A DNA stretch of 64,000 nt from the NCBI RefSeq assembly GCF_009914755.1, contig NC_060939.1, one strand, 5' to 3'. The notes beneath the pieces are model-generated. The model had not been told where the DNA came from. It searched no databases and worked only from the letters and a program-made list of their open reading frames with translations. This document shows positions 1 through 25,166 of the stretch, in pieces (within the stretch, counting starts at the first letter, position 1; every line of letters begins with the position of its first letter). The translations under genes and the position numbers were made by a program. The DNA comes from the human T2T-CHM13v2.0 reference genome, Homo sapiens.

Positions 1-83
1 ATAAAATAACTGAGCAGATATTCCTGCTGCCCATTGTAGGAGAGACAGTTTGGAGTTTGAGTACAATGAAGTTAATCAACAAC

Positions 84-464
84 TGTCTTAGTCGGCTTGG
101 GATGCCACAACCAATACCACACAGACTTGGTGGGATAACAACTGAAACAAATTTTCTCACAGTTCTGGAGACTGAAAGTTCAGGATCAAGATTCCAGGAG
201 GGCCAGTGTCTGATGAAGGCTCTCAGACAGCTGCCTCCTCACTGTGTCTTCACACAGTGAAGAGGGAGTGAATAAGCTCTCTGGTATCTCTTCTTCTAAG
301 GACATAAATCCTATCAGACCCAGGGCCCCACCCTCATGACCTCATCTACCCCTGATTACCTCCATCTCCCAAAGTTCTCATCTCCAAATACCATCACACT
401 GGAGGTTAGGGCTTCAAGATATGAATTCTCGGGGAGCGAGGGAGATCACATTCAGTACATAACA
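84..464 (-). mobile_element. MLT1A/B-like ERVL-MaLR solo LTR
   Basis: TG...CA termini (tgtcttagtc...cataaca). Typical MLT1 body (ttctcacagttctggag, ctcatgacctcatct, aataccatcacactgg). 5-bp TSD ACAAC at 79-83 and 465-469. Confidence 0.85.
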
Positions 465-540
465 ACAACAACAACACACACACACACAGAGCACAGGATT
501 AAAAGAGAACCCAGAGGCTGGGCGTGGTGGCTCACACCTA

Positions 541-837
<297 letters not shown>

Positions 838-1384
838 CTACTAAGTAACAATCCCAATGTCCAATATACACTCCAAAATGACTAGATATGGTAATGGACA
901 GGAAAATGTGACCCATATTCAAAAGAACGGTAATCAAATTAAAAGAAATTGCCTACTAATAAAGTTCATGTGCTCAAGAAAAGAAAGTTAAATGACACTA
1001 AAGACCTAGAAATTGGCTGGGCGCAGTGGCTCATGCCTATAATCCCAGCACTTTGGGAGGCCGAGGCGGGCGGATCACGAGGTCAGGAGATTGAGACCAG
1101 TCTGACCGATATGGTGAAACCACGTCTCTACTAAAAAAATACAAAAAATCAGCCGGGCGTGGTGGTGGGCGCCTGTAGTCCCAGCTACTCGGGAGGCTGA
1201 GGCAGGAGGATGGCGTGAACCCAAGAGGCAGAGCTTGCAGTGAGCCAAGATGCACCATTGCACTCCAGCCTGGGCAACAGAGTGAGACTCTCTCTCAAAA
1301 AAAAAAAACAAAAACAAAAACAAAAACAAAAACAAAAACCAACACCTAGAAATTCAGAGTTATGTGATAAATTTGTACATGGGT

Positions 1385-1428
1385 CAACATGCCTGCCAAG
1401 GGTGACCAACATGCCTGCCAAGGGTGAC
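1385..1428. repeat. Perfect 22-bp tandem duplication (CAACATGCCTGCCAAGGGTGAC x2)
   Basis: Units at 1385-1406 and 1407-1428. Confidence 0.9.
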
Positions 1429-1574
1429 ACAGACAATGACAAATAAGACTAGCCTAAAGCAAAATGTTGAAATAAGCTGGCACTCTCTGACTTCCCCTAT
1501 CAGAGTTCAATACATTTGACTTTCTGACACTCTTACAGACCCTACTCTCTAGTTCCATTCTTTAAAAAAAAAAA

Positions 1575-1611
<37 letters not shown>

Positions 1612-1612
1612 T
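1575..1612. repeat. (TA)n(CA)n microsatellite
   Basis: Read directly from the sequence. Confidence 0.9.
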
Positions 1613-1830
1613 ATACATAATTTTATTATGTCACAGAGTTCCACTCTTACTCTAAACTGGCTGCCAACTACTCAACTAATTAATAATTAGATATTACTGA
1701 CATTTTAGATACGAACCCTATGAGAGTTTTAAAGATATTATTGAAAAGCATCTATAATTCTGTAACAATTGGTAGAAAAGTTCTATATATTTAAAAACTT
1801 AAGGCCAGGTGCAGTGGCTTATGCCTGTAA

Positions 1831-2273
<443 letters not shown>

Positions 2274-2529
2274 TAGGTACTTGGGAGGCTGAAGTGGCAG
2301 GATCACTTGAGCCTAGGAGGTTGGGAATACAGTAAGCCATGATGATGCCACTGCACTCTGACATGGGCAACAGAGCAAAACACTATCCAAAAAAAACAAA
2401 ACAGAAAACTTGGACGCTTGGACGTTCACACTGCGAGTAAGCCATATCAACCCATTATCTATCAGTGAGCAGGGTGTTGATACTTTTGTTGATACATTCA
2501 TGATAGGTTTCTACAGGTTTTATTTCATT

Positions 2530-2556
2530 TATATATATATATATTATATATATGTG

Positions 2557-2590
<34 letters not shown>
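2530..2590. repeat. (TA)n-rich microsatellite at an Alu tail
   Basis: Read directly from the sequence. Confidence 0.9.
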
Positions 2591-2606
<16 letters not shown>

Positions 2607-2949
2607 GAGACAGAGTCTTGTTTTGTCACCCAGGCTGGGGTGCAGTGGCGCAATCTGGAGTCACTGCAACCTCCATCTCCTGGATTCAACCAATTCTCAT
2701 GCCCCAGTCTCACAAGGAGCTGGGATTACAGGCGCACACCATCACGTCCAGCTGATTTTTATATTTTTAGTAGAGGTGGGGTTATCTACGTTGGCCAGGC
2801 TGGTCTCAAACTCCTAGCTTCAAGCAATCCTCCCGCCTCAGCCTCCCAAAGCACTGGGATTACAGGCAAGAGCCACCATGCCCAGTCTTTTCCTGCTGCT
2901 TTTAACAAAGAGTTACACCCATCCAGAAATCTATTTAATGACTTTTCTA

Positions 2950-3620
<671 letters not shown>

Positions 3621-4315
3621 TCAAAAAAAAAAAAACAAAAACCAGACAACTGAGTTGTAAATTATCTGTCCTAAGGTTAATACACAGAAATTTGATAGTA
3701 AAGGAAATTCTATTAGGTTTCATTATCATTTGAAGAAAATCAAGTACAGCAAACTTTTTAAGTTATAACTTTTTTAAAAAAAACCTTAACTTTTTTAACT
3801 TGACATAACACCTGTCATCTGAGGTCTTACAAATATACATGTCCCTGAATATCAAAAGCCTTCTCCAAGTTTCTGTAGTTTGGCAGGTCAACACCTACTC
3901 TACCACTTATTAGCCTTGTGACCGTTGGCAAGTGATTTTTGATTCTCTGCTCTTTATATATAAATAATGGAGAAAACAGTATTGACATCACAGAATTTTC
4001 CTGCGGGATTAATATATGTAAAGTGTCGGGCGAGGTGGCTCATGCCTGTAATCCCAGCACTTTGGGAGGCCAAGGCGGGCAGATCACGAGGTCAGGAGTT
4101 CGAGACCAGCCTGACCAACATGGTGAAACTCCGTCTCTACCAAAAATACAAAAATTAGCCGGGCATGGTAGCACATGCCTGTAATCCCAGCTACTCAGGA
4201 GGCTGAGGCAGGAGAATCACTTGAACCCGGGAGGCAGAGGTTGCAGTGAGCCAAGATCACGCCACTGCACTTCAGCCTGGATGACCGAGCAAGACTTCGT
4301 CTCAAAAATAAATAA

Positions 4316-4317
<2 letters not shown>

Positions 4318-4350
<33 letters not shown>
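4318..4350. repeat. (CA)n microsatellite at an Alu tail
   Basis: Read directly from the sequence. Confidence 0.9.
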
Positions 4351-4352
<2 letters not shown>

Positions 4353-5901
4353 GCATTCAGAGCAATGGCCACAGCTAAATGCCGACACATTAGCTAATGC
4401 AAAAATGTGCCTAAAGCCTATTACACACTTCTCTTAGTCCAGAGTATCTTCCGGGTACTGGGTATGATAAATTAGACTAGGAAGACTATCATTTCATATA
4501 GTAAAGGCTAATGTATAGCCCTATCTTTCTAGTCTAATTATGTTTCTCCAGTGTCCTCCTAACAGTAATAGTCTGCTTCTCAGGTAACTTTCCTCCTGTT
4601 ATCTCCAGCATACTACCAAACTGCCAGCAGAAAGCAGAAAACTAAGCCTGTTAAATTTCACTTTGCACACATTTTTCAATCAGTGAACTCTGTCTCAGGG
4701 TTGCTATATTATTGATGACTTAGCTCAAAAGCTTTTTGCTCACTTTCCACAAGGAGCTTTGTTTCCAAAGGTTAAGGTTTCCAGAAGTCTGGCAGCTGGA
4801 TAGTTAAGGTGTTATGTTATTGACATGTTTATATGATAGTAAGAGGGGTAAACAGTGTTTCACAGACTTTAATCCTAATATTGCTCCTTAGGTCAAGTAG
4901 GGAAAAGATTATCATTTGCCTTTTACAGATTGAGAAGATAACAGTGATGCTCATAAAAGACTGTGCGGTGGCTCACGCCTGTAATCCCAGCACTTTGGGA
5001 GGCTGAGGTGGATCACTTGAGGTCAGGAGTTCAAGACCAGCCTGGCCAACATGGGGAAACCCTGTCTCTACTAAAAGTACAAAAATTAGTCAGGCATGGT
5101 GGCAGGCACCTGTAATCCCAGCTACTCGAGAGGCTGAGGCAGGAGAATCACTTTAAACTGGAAGGCACAGTTTGCAGTGAGCCGACATCGCGCCACCGCA
5201 AGCCTGGGCAAAAGAGCAAAACTCAGTCTCAAAAAAAAAAAAAAAAAGGACTGTGACCTGGCAAAAATATGTCAAGAGTCAAGTCTTGACTTATCAACTT
5301 CAAAAAACTGCTTACCTCCACACACCAAAATTCCTTTAACAGGGTTCTAAAACCCCTACGTGGACAGAAAACTAAATACACAGTCCCAGAAAAACAGGTT
5401 AAAAAAATCCAGAGCATGAGGTCAAGAGATCGAGACCAGCCTGGCCAACATGGTGAAACCCCATCTCTACTAAAAATATAAAAATTAGATGGGCGTTGTG
5501 GTGTGTGCCTGTAATCCCAGCTACTAGAGGCTGAGGCAGGAGAATCACTTGAATCCAGGAGGCGGAGGTTGCAGTGAGCCAAGATCGCACCATTGCACTC
5601 CAGCCTGGGCGACAAGAGGGAAACTCCATCTCAAAAAAAAAAAAAAAATTCCAGAGCAATTTCCTAAATCCAAAATTAACTGTACCAAAAAGTCAACAAA
5701 ATCTCTAAAAGAACTAACAATTTAAATTAGAACTAATCATATTTGTATAAAGTACAAGAGGTCCAATTCTCCAAGTCAAACACTGTATTCACATTCAACT
5801 AATCTAATAATTGCAAAGCATCATCTAAAAGTGACACCCATCTTAAGTTCTTTTTACTGATTCACATAAATGACTCAGTTAAAATCCCCATAGTCAAGTA
5901 A

Positions 5902-6066
<165 letters not shown>

Positions 6067-7392
6067 TAGCTGGGACCACAGGTGCGCATCACCATGCCCA
6101 GCTAATGTTTTTTTATTTTTTTTGGTAGAGACTGGGTTTCGCCATCTTTCCCAGGCTAGTCTTGTACTCCTGGGCTCAAGGGATCCACCCGCCTCAGTCT
6201 CTCAAAGTGCTAGGATTACAAGCATGAGCCACTGCACCCTGACCCAGGTACCAAACTTAAAGCATTTGACATTTAACAGGCAGTCACTTAAAAAAAAAAA
6301 ACTGCAATTTACTTATATGTTGAAAGATTTCCCAAAAAGAAAGGAGAAAAGGAAACCCAGAATGAAATAATAGATCAATGACAAAAACTAAATGACTACT
6401 ACAAAAACTACTACATGAATAACATATGGGGAACTTCACAACTGAGAGATCAGGCATCAGACAACACGAATCCACTGGTCAATCTTAACATTTAAAAAAA
6501 AAAAAAGAAGCCAGGGTCAGTGGCTCACGCCTGTAATCCCAACACTTTGGGAGGCCGAGGCGGGTGGATCACCTGGGGTCAGGAGTTTGAGACCAGCCTG
6601 GCCAACATGGCAAACCCTGTCTCTACTAAAAATACAAAAATTAGCCGGGTGTGGTGGTGGACGCCTGTAATCCCAGCTTCGGGAGGCTGGGGCAGCAGAA
6701 TCGCTTGAACCAGGAGGCAGAGGCTGCAGCAAGCCAGGCACTCCAGCCTGGGTGACAAGAGCAAGACTCTGTTCCAAAAAAAACAAAATAAAACAACAAC
6801 AACAAAAAAAACAAGTGCAAGACTCCTTCTCAAAAAACAAAGACAGTATGTGCCTCTTAATGTAATGCAACAGAAAGTACATAGTACTATCTATGAGTAT
6901 TGTCAAAGTATGAAACTAGAATCTGATCAAGTCTTTTTTTTTTGAGAAAGACTCTCACCCAGGCTGGAGTGAATGGCGCAATCTTGGCTCACTGCAACCT
7001 CCGCCTCCAAGTTCAACGGAGTCTCCTGCCTCAGCCTCACGAGTAGCTGGGATTACAGGTGCCCATCACGACGCCCTGCTAATTTTTAGTAGAGACGGGG
7101 TTTCACCATGTTGGCCAGGCTAGTTTTGAACTCCTGACCTCAAGTGATCCGGGATCAGCCTGTCGCCGCCTCCCAAAGTATGGGGATTACTGCGCCCCAC
7201 CTGATTAAGTCGTTTTTTTTTTTTCTGAGACAGAGTCTCACTCTGTCACCCAGGCTGTAGTGCAGTGGCAGGATCTCCGCTTACTGCAACCTCCACCTCC
7301 CAGGTTCAAGCGATTCTCCTGCCTTAGCCTCCTGAGTAGCTAGGATTACCACGCCCGATTACTGATCAAGTCTTTAGATTAACTACTAACTA

Positions 7393-7752
<360 letters not shown>

Positions 7753-8299
7753 CTACAGGGATGCATTCAACAAAATCCAAACTGATGGAAATTCTACAAG
7801 GCAAATGATGGGTTTCTTTCAACAAATAAATGGTAAAAGACACCCCCACACCCCAAGAGAGAAGGTACTAGAGACTGAAAGAGTTACCGACCAAATGCTA
7901 TGTGCAGAATTCTTTGTAACCTGATTCTAACAAATCAACTGACTAAAACATGAGACAATCAGGGAAATATGCTGAATATTTAATGATACTAAGCAATTAT
8001 TAATTTTTAGGCATGATAATAATATTGTGGTTATGTTAAAAAGTCCTTGTCTTTTTAGACATAAACACAATAAAGTATCCATAAATGACATTTGTCTGGG
8101 ATTTGCTTTAAAATTATCCCATTGAGGAATGATAGAAGAAATAAAATTCACATGGTTGAAGCTGTTGAAACTGGCCAATGGGTATATGGTAGTTCATTCT
8201 ACAATGTATCTTTGCAAGTTTGAAATCTCCCATGTTGGCCTGGCGCGGTGGCTCACGCCTGTAATCCCAGGACTTTGGGGGGCTGAGGCGGGCGGATCA

Positions 8300-8560
<261 letters not shown>

Positions 8561-9586
8561 TTATTTATTCAAAGTATTACTACATTTGTGTTATAAGTAA
8601 AACTCTTATTTTAGTTTTGTATGGCACTTGAATTAGCGTCCAGTGAAAAGCAAACTTGCCAGACTCCAGCAGAGGGAGAGTTGTTTGCATAAAGCCTATC
8701 AAATTCAAGTACTGACCAAAAATACCTACTTTGCTCTTCATGTCCCTGATGTAAATGACTTTCTTAAGAAATCTTCAAAATTGGTTCCTGATATCCAAAA
8801 ATAAAAAGCTCTATCGGAAGCTGCAATGCACCGCCTCCCTCTCTCCATTCCGCACCTTTCGGTTTAAAACACGATCAACTGTTCTCTGGGGCAAGGGATG
8901 CGGTAGTTCGACTTAAATCCTGACTGACAGTACATTGTCTTGGTCCCCACAGAAGCCTCCCCCCACCCACCAAAATCCTTAATTCTTGCTAAAGAAAAAA
9001 GATCTACCATCAATATTGTCAAATCCCTCCCTTTTGGTTCCAAAAAGGAAATGTACCTGTAGAGTATCCGCTGCACAGCAAACAAGGCACTGCTCCAAAC
9101 CCGTGTCCTCTACCCCCTTTTTGCACCCTTCTAGCCCTCCCTCCCTTTTTTCCATGTAAAACTTGAGCAGAGCATTTGGTTCCCTTATCTGCCAGCAACT
9201 GGCGCCAGGAGGACCGTGCTCCCAGGAGATGCGGAGCTTGTAGGCTGAGCCCTGCGTCGGGCGCGCTGAGGCCGCTCAGCTGAGCCCAGCCAGGTAGTCC
9301 CGGGCTCGCGCCTCTGCCGCCTGGAGAGGCCCTCGCTGGGAGCCGAGTCTCGGCTCAGGGGATTCCCGCGAAGAGGTGTCGCCTCTAACTTGCTACCTGC
9401 TCCCGCCCCTCACCCCAGAACGAACTGCACACCCGTCCCGAGAGGACAAATCCGGAAGCCTCAAGGCAATTCGAGGGTCCTTCGCCGCATGGAACGCGGC
9501 TCCCCACACACTTGCCTGCCAAGTCTCTCCTTTACCGCCCGCAACCCCAGAACCATTCCCCGCCCGGGCCTGCGTGGGTCCAGTAC

Positions 9587-9589
9587 CAT
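9587..9589 (-). CDS. TRPM7: TRPM7 (channel-kinase) start codon, the only coding triplet in exon 1; the remaining CDS lies beyond the left edge
   Basis: AGAATG|gtactg. A at -3, phase-0 donor. Confidence 0.85.
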
Positions 9590-9594
9590 TCTCC

Positions 9595-9657
9595 TCACGG
9601 GGCGGACTCCGGAAGGGCAGCAACTCCACCTCCTCCTCCTCCGCGGCCTGTAGCCAT
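9595..9657 (-). promoter_or_regulatory. TRPM7 uORF2 (MATGRGGGGGGVAALPESAP*, 20 aa)
   Basis: ATG at 9657-9655 and TGA at 9597-9595, ending 5 nt before the main ATG. Confidence 0.85.
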
Positions 9658-9856
9658 CTATCGGGAAGCGTCTCCGGAGGCGGCAGCAGAGGCCGCCGGA
9701 CAAGGAACGCCCAGGGAAACCTTCTCAGAACTAACTCAGCTCCGGCGCTAGCAGCAGAAGCCGAGTCTTTCATAATTGTGCGACCAACTCCTCCGGGTGA
9801 CTGGCCACAGGGACGCGCCCGCGCCCGCCTCCGCCGGCGACGGGGCTGGGGACGGA

Positions 9857-9969
9857 CCACGTGAGCGGCGCGGCGCGGCGCGTGCGTCGCCGCCCGCGGG
9901 TCGGGTCACGTGAAGGGCGCGCGCTCCCTCGATTCCAGGCCGCCTCCCTGCGCGCCGCGCGCACGCGCT
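9857..9969. promoter_or_regulatory. Two CACGTG E-boxes (9858-9863; GTCACGTGAA at 9905-9914) and NRF1-like motifs (GCGCGTGCG ~9878; CGCGCACGCGC ~9958-9968)
   Basis: Motif matches read at the TSS. Occupancy is not shown by sequence. Confidence 0.6.
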
Positions 9970-10669
9970 GGGCAGGTTCGCGCCGCCACGCCGACCGCCT
10001 CTGGGTTCCCAGAAAGTGGTGGGGTGTTCACGCCGTATCTCCGTTGGGTACCTAGGCGGGACTTAGACAAACTTCAGCCTCAGCTACGAGAGTGGAACTT
10101 GGGGAATCGGAGGTTGAGGGTTAAGGTTCAAGGCTTGCGGATCCAGTCTGGAGTTGCTGTGTGGGCTCATTCCGCTAACTAGGCCTGGCCTGTGCCGACT
10201 CGCTCCAGCAAACTCGAGTGTCGCAACACACTCTGTGTGCTTCAGAGCGAGTAGAGGCTTTAAATGTTACTCTCTCCTCGTCCAAAATGCAGAATCATCT
10301 TTTTACCCCAATCATGTTCTTTCTCTAGCCTCTCCTGTTGCTGCCGGTAAATATTCTTCTTTGTTTAACTATGGGACTGTCTTTTTCCCTCCAGAGATAC
10401 TCACCCACATACACGCATACACCACACCTTCTGCACCAAAAACTGGGTTGTTCCCTTGATGTAATATGTACCTATCCACCTTTCCATTTATTTTGCTGTC
10501 ACACATGCCAAGGTTTGGCTATTAGCAATGGTTTACTAAATGTTATTCCTTATCTACTGGGAAGACCACAATCAGTTTAATTTTCTTAAAACTGCTTTAA
10601 CATCTTTCTGCTCCTGAAGTCTTCGAGAGTTCCTCAATCTGACCCTCAGGGATCTGACTGTCTTATCTC

Positions 10670-10980
10670 TTTTTTAAAAACGACTTTATTTTAAAATAAT
10701 TGACATGACAAACTGCACGTATTTAAATGTCCAATTTGATAAGTTTTGACATACCTGTGCACCCATGAAATCACCATAATCAAATGAACGTATTCACCTC
10801 TAAGTTTCCTCCCCCCCCTTCATAATCCCTTCATCTCGTCCCTCTCCATCACGTCCCTTATCAACTACAGATCTACTTTCAGTACAGATAAGTTTGCACA
10901 TGCTAAAGTTTTATATACGGGAATCATACAGCACGCACCTTTTTTTTCCGTCTAACTTCTTTCATTCAGCATAATTATTG
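10670..10980 (-). mobile_element. Old L1M 3'-end fragment
   Basis: tttatttt...aaactgcacgtatttaa...aagttttgacat...ttcattcagcataatt, typical of an antisense L1MB/MC 3' end. Confidence 0.65.
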
Positions 10981-11340
10981 CCTCTCAAACATTATGACCC
11001 ACAATTCACTGAAGTAGGATCTTCTCTCAGAAAAAAAACTAATCCACCCACTGGTTCCCCCAGCTTGTGAACAATCTTCAGGTATTGTGTATTTCTTCCC
11101 CATCTGGCAGGTCCAGCAGAACCAAGACTTAAAAATGTTTTAATATATGTGTCACACTAAATTGTCAGCCTTGGGGAAGGCATCTTGACTAATTTATGCA
11201 TGCAGTCAATAAATGTTTATCTTCTGGATTTCAGTTGGGCCTACACATTTCCTGCCTGTAGGGAGTTTATAATCTAGAAGGTAGAGGCAGACAAACTGGA
11301 AAATCAAAATAAAATGAGATTAGAGTGCTTTGTTTCGTTA

Positions 11341-11837
<497 letters not shown>

Positions 11838-11955
11838 TCAAAATAAATTCCTTAATTTTCAAGTGATCAACCAGCCTTGAAATTCACAGATGCTGACTTT
11901 CAATCAGCAATCAATTCTGGAGAATGAATTTATTCATTCAAAAAATATGTATTGA

Positions 11956-12250
11956 GTCAGGCACAGTGGCCCATGTCTGTATTCCCAGCTACTCCAGAGG
12001 TTGAGGCAGAAGGCTCATGTGAGCCCAGTTCTGGGCTGTAGTGTGCTATGCGGATTGGGTGGCTGTGCTAAGTTCAGCATCAACGTAGTGACTTCCTGGG
12101 AGCAAGGGACCACCAGATTGCCTAAGGAGGGGTGAATCAACCCAGGACAGAAATTGAGCAGGTCAGAATTCCTGCTGATCAGTAGTTGGATAGTGCCTGT
12201 GTATAGCCACCGCACTCAAGCCTGGACTACGTAGCAAGACCACGTCTCTT
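11956..12250 (+). pseudogene. Full-length 7SL (SRP RNA) retropseudogene
   Basis: Alu-domain ends plus the 7SL-specific S domain (ctaagttcagcatcaac...gaccaccagattgcctaaggaggggtgaa...gagcaggtcagaa...ctgatcagtagt), ending gtctctt with an A tail. Confidence 0.92.
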
Positions 12251-12260
12251 AAAAAAATAT

Positions 12261-12565
<305 letters not shown>

Positions 12566-13057
12566 TTATATTCAGTGTCTAAGAATATGTCAGGAGCAGT
12601 TATAGTCAGTGTTCGGTGATGACAAGATTGATAAATTCAGTGCTTCAGAACATGTTTGTTAAATGTTCTTACACCTTTTTTCCAGAAGGGTTTTGTTTCC
12701 ATTTTGGTCAATGGCATGTCTATTTTTCACTCTCACTAGATCACATACTAATTCTCCTCCTTGTCCTTGCCTAGTTACAACATTTCAACACTTACTACTA
12801 TGCTGTTTAAAATGCTAAGCAAAATATTATGAGAATAAAATGATGCAGTCTGGGCAACATGGTGAAACACTGTCTCTACAAAAAAACTAGAAAAATTAGC
12901 CCAGTGTGGCTGTGCGTGCCTGTAGTCCCAGCTACTCGGAGGCTGAGGCAGGAGGATTGTTTGAGCCCAAAAGGTTGAGGCTGTGGTGAGCAAGATCATG
13001 CCACTGTACTCCAGCCTGGGTGACAGAGCAAGACCCTGTCTCAAAATAAAGAAATAA

Positions 13058-13204
<147 letters not shown>

Positions 13205-13249
13205 TAGCTGGGATTACAGGCACGTGCCACCACACCCAGCTAATTTTGA

Positions 13250-13384
<135 letters not shown>

Positions 13385-13637
13385 TAGCATTTATCCTGTT
13401 GTATTCAACCAACTTACTTGTTAATCCCCTACTAAACATTCAACTGCATGAGGATCATAACCTTATCCATCTTAAATGCCTACTAAGTAGGTGTCATCAA
13501 GCATTCAGTCATTTAATAAATATTTGTTGAACAAACAAATAAACTCTCTTGATAGGCCAGAATCTTAAAATGTTACTCTGTCCTTTGATTCTGGCATGCA
13601 GAGTGTCATGTCAGATTAAGATAAGATACCGTTCCTA

Positions 13638-13930
<293 letters not shown>

Positions 13931-14313
13931 TCAAAAAAAAAAAAAAGAAAGAAAGAAAAGAAAGTAGAAGTAAGAGAAACATGAAGTTAAATTTCCCTTA
14001 TAAAATCAATTATGTAAATATCAATTCCCCTAATACTACCCATATTCCTTGGAAACTCTTTGTACATCATCATGGCATATATACCTCAGTTTGAGGACAA
14101 CTGCCTTAAGCACTAACTCTGATTACACCTCTTTCATCTCAGTGCTTCAATCTATTGATATGTGTATAATTTTGTGGTAGAGAAGTATCATAGCAAGGTC
14201 AATATTTTAAAGCAAATCATATAAGAGGACAGGTGCAGTGGCTCACGCCTGTAATCCCAGCACTTTGGGAGGCTGAGATGGGCAAATCACTTGAGTCCAA
14301 GATTTCAAGACTA

Positions 14314-14469
<156 letters not shown>

Positions 14470-14659
14470 CTACACTTCAGCCTGGGTGACATAGTGAGAC
14501 CCTGTCTCCAAAAAACTCAAAAAAAAAATCATATAGAAGCTAGGCATAGCAGTGTGCACTTGTAGTCCCAGCTACTCAGGAGGCTGAGGCAGGAGGGTCA
14601 CTTGAGCCTAGGAGTTGTGGGCAAAACAGTGAGAGGCCATCTCTTAAAAAAGATGATAT

Positions 14660-15450
14660 GGGGAAATGAATAATTAAAATTTGTAATTTAAGCACATTAC
14701 CATTTACATTAGCACCAAAAAAAGTAACAGGTATAAATCTTGCAAAATATGTATAAGATTTATATGAAGGAAGCTGCAAAACTCTGACAAAAACAATCAA
14801 GCTCTAAACACATAGATAGTCCATCTACATGAATAAGAAGACTCAATATTGTCAAGATACCAGTTTTTCCCTACTTGACCTATATATTCAATGCACTCTT
14901 AATCAAAATATTGGCAAGTTGTTTTCTGGATATAGACAAACTAATTCTAAAGTTTATGTAAAAAAGCAAAAGACACAGAATAGCTAACACAATATTGGAG
15001 AAGAACAAAGTTGAGGACTGACATGATACTACCCAGCTTCAAGACTTACTACAAAACTGTAGTAATAAAGACTGTGTTTTGGCAAAAGGATAAACAAACT
15101 AAATCAATGGAACAAAATAGAGACCTCAGAAGTAGACCCACACAAACACAGTCAACTAATTTTTGACAAAAGAGAAAAGGCAATTCAGCAGAGAAAGGAC
15201 AGTCTTTTCAACAAATGGTGCTGGAACAGCAGGACATCCACATAGAAAAAAAAAATCTAACACAGACCTTATACCCTTCACAAAGATTAACTCAAAAGAG
15301 ATTTTAGACAAAATGGAAAATAAAAAACAATAAAACTCATAGAAGAAAATCTGGGTGATCTTGAGTTTGGAAATGACTTTTAGATATAACACTAAAAGCA
15401 CAATCCATGTAAGAAAAAAATTGATGTTGGATTTTGTTAAAATTAAAAAC
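14660..15450 (+). mobile_element. Old L1M ORF2 fragment (continues at ~17200-17340 and ~17600-17715, split by Alus)
   Basis: aagactcaatattgtcaagat, cttcaagacttactacaaaactgtagtaataaagac, cttttcaacaaatggtgctggaaca. Confidence 0.85.
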
Positions 15451-15454
15451 TTCT

Positions 15455-17600
<2,146 letters not shown>

Positions 17601-17737
17601 ACAATAAAACAACTCACTAAGAAAACAACCCAATTAAAAAAATCTGAAGTTAAAAACATTGAAGAGAAGGTAAAAAATTTGAACAGACATTTCATCAAAG
17701 TATACAGATGGCAGACTTTAGTTACAATTGGTTATCC

Positions 17738-25166
<7,429 letters not shown>

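Larger units (their letters stand above)
9587..9773 (-). promoter_or_regulatory. TRPM7 uORF1 (MKDSASAASAGAELVLRRFPWAF...EEN), open across the main ATG and the exon 1 donor
   Basis: ATG at 9773-9771 (ACAATTATGA). No stop before the donor. Starts 184 nt upstream of the main ATG, so it is out of frame. Confidence 0.85.
9587..9871 (-). other. TRPM7: TRPM7 exon 1 (5' leader plus initiator ATG)
   Basis: Minus strand reads GCGCCGCTCACGTGGTCC...CCCGTGAGGAGAATG|GTACTG, matching the TRPM7 mRNA leader as I recall it. GT donor at 9586-9585. The TSS is approximate. Confidence 0.9.
9190..10230. promoter_or_regulatory. TRPM7: CpG island / TRPM7 promoter
   Basis: Sharp rise in GC and CpG content around exon 1, with GC boxes and no TATA box. 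Boundaries are approximate. Confidence 0.9.

Noticed and set aside
9191-9207. CTCF-like GCCAGCAACTGGCGCC
   Set aside because: Mismatches at core positions (ACT instead of GRK). Not supportable without ChIP data.
9376-10182. Long Arg/Pro/Ala-rich ORFs on both strands of the CpG island
   Set aside because: Expected from stop-codon scarcity in GC-rich DNA. Only the ATG-initiated part of 9393-9860 (uORF1) is retained, and its extension past 9587 is intronic.
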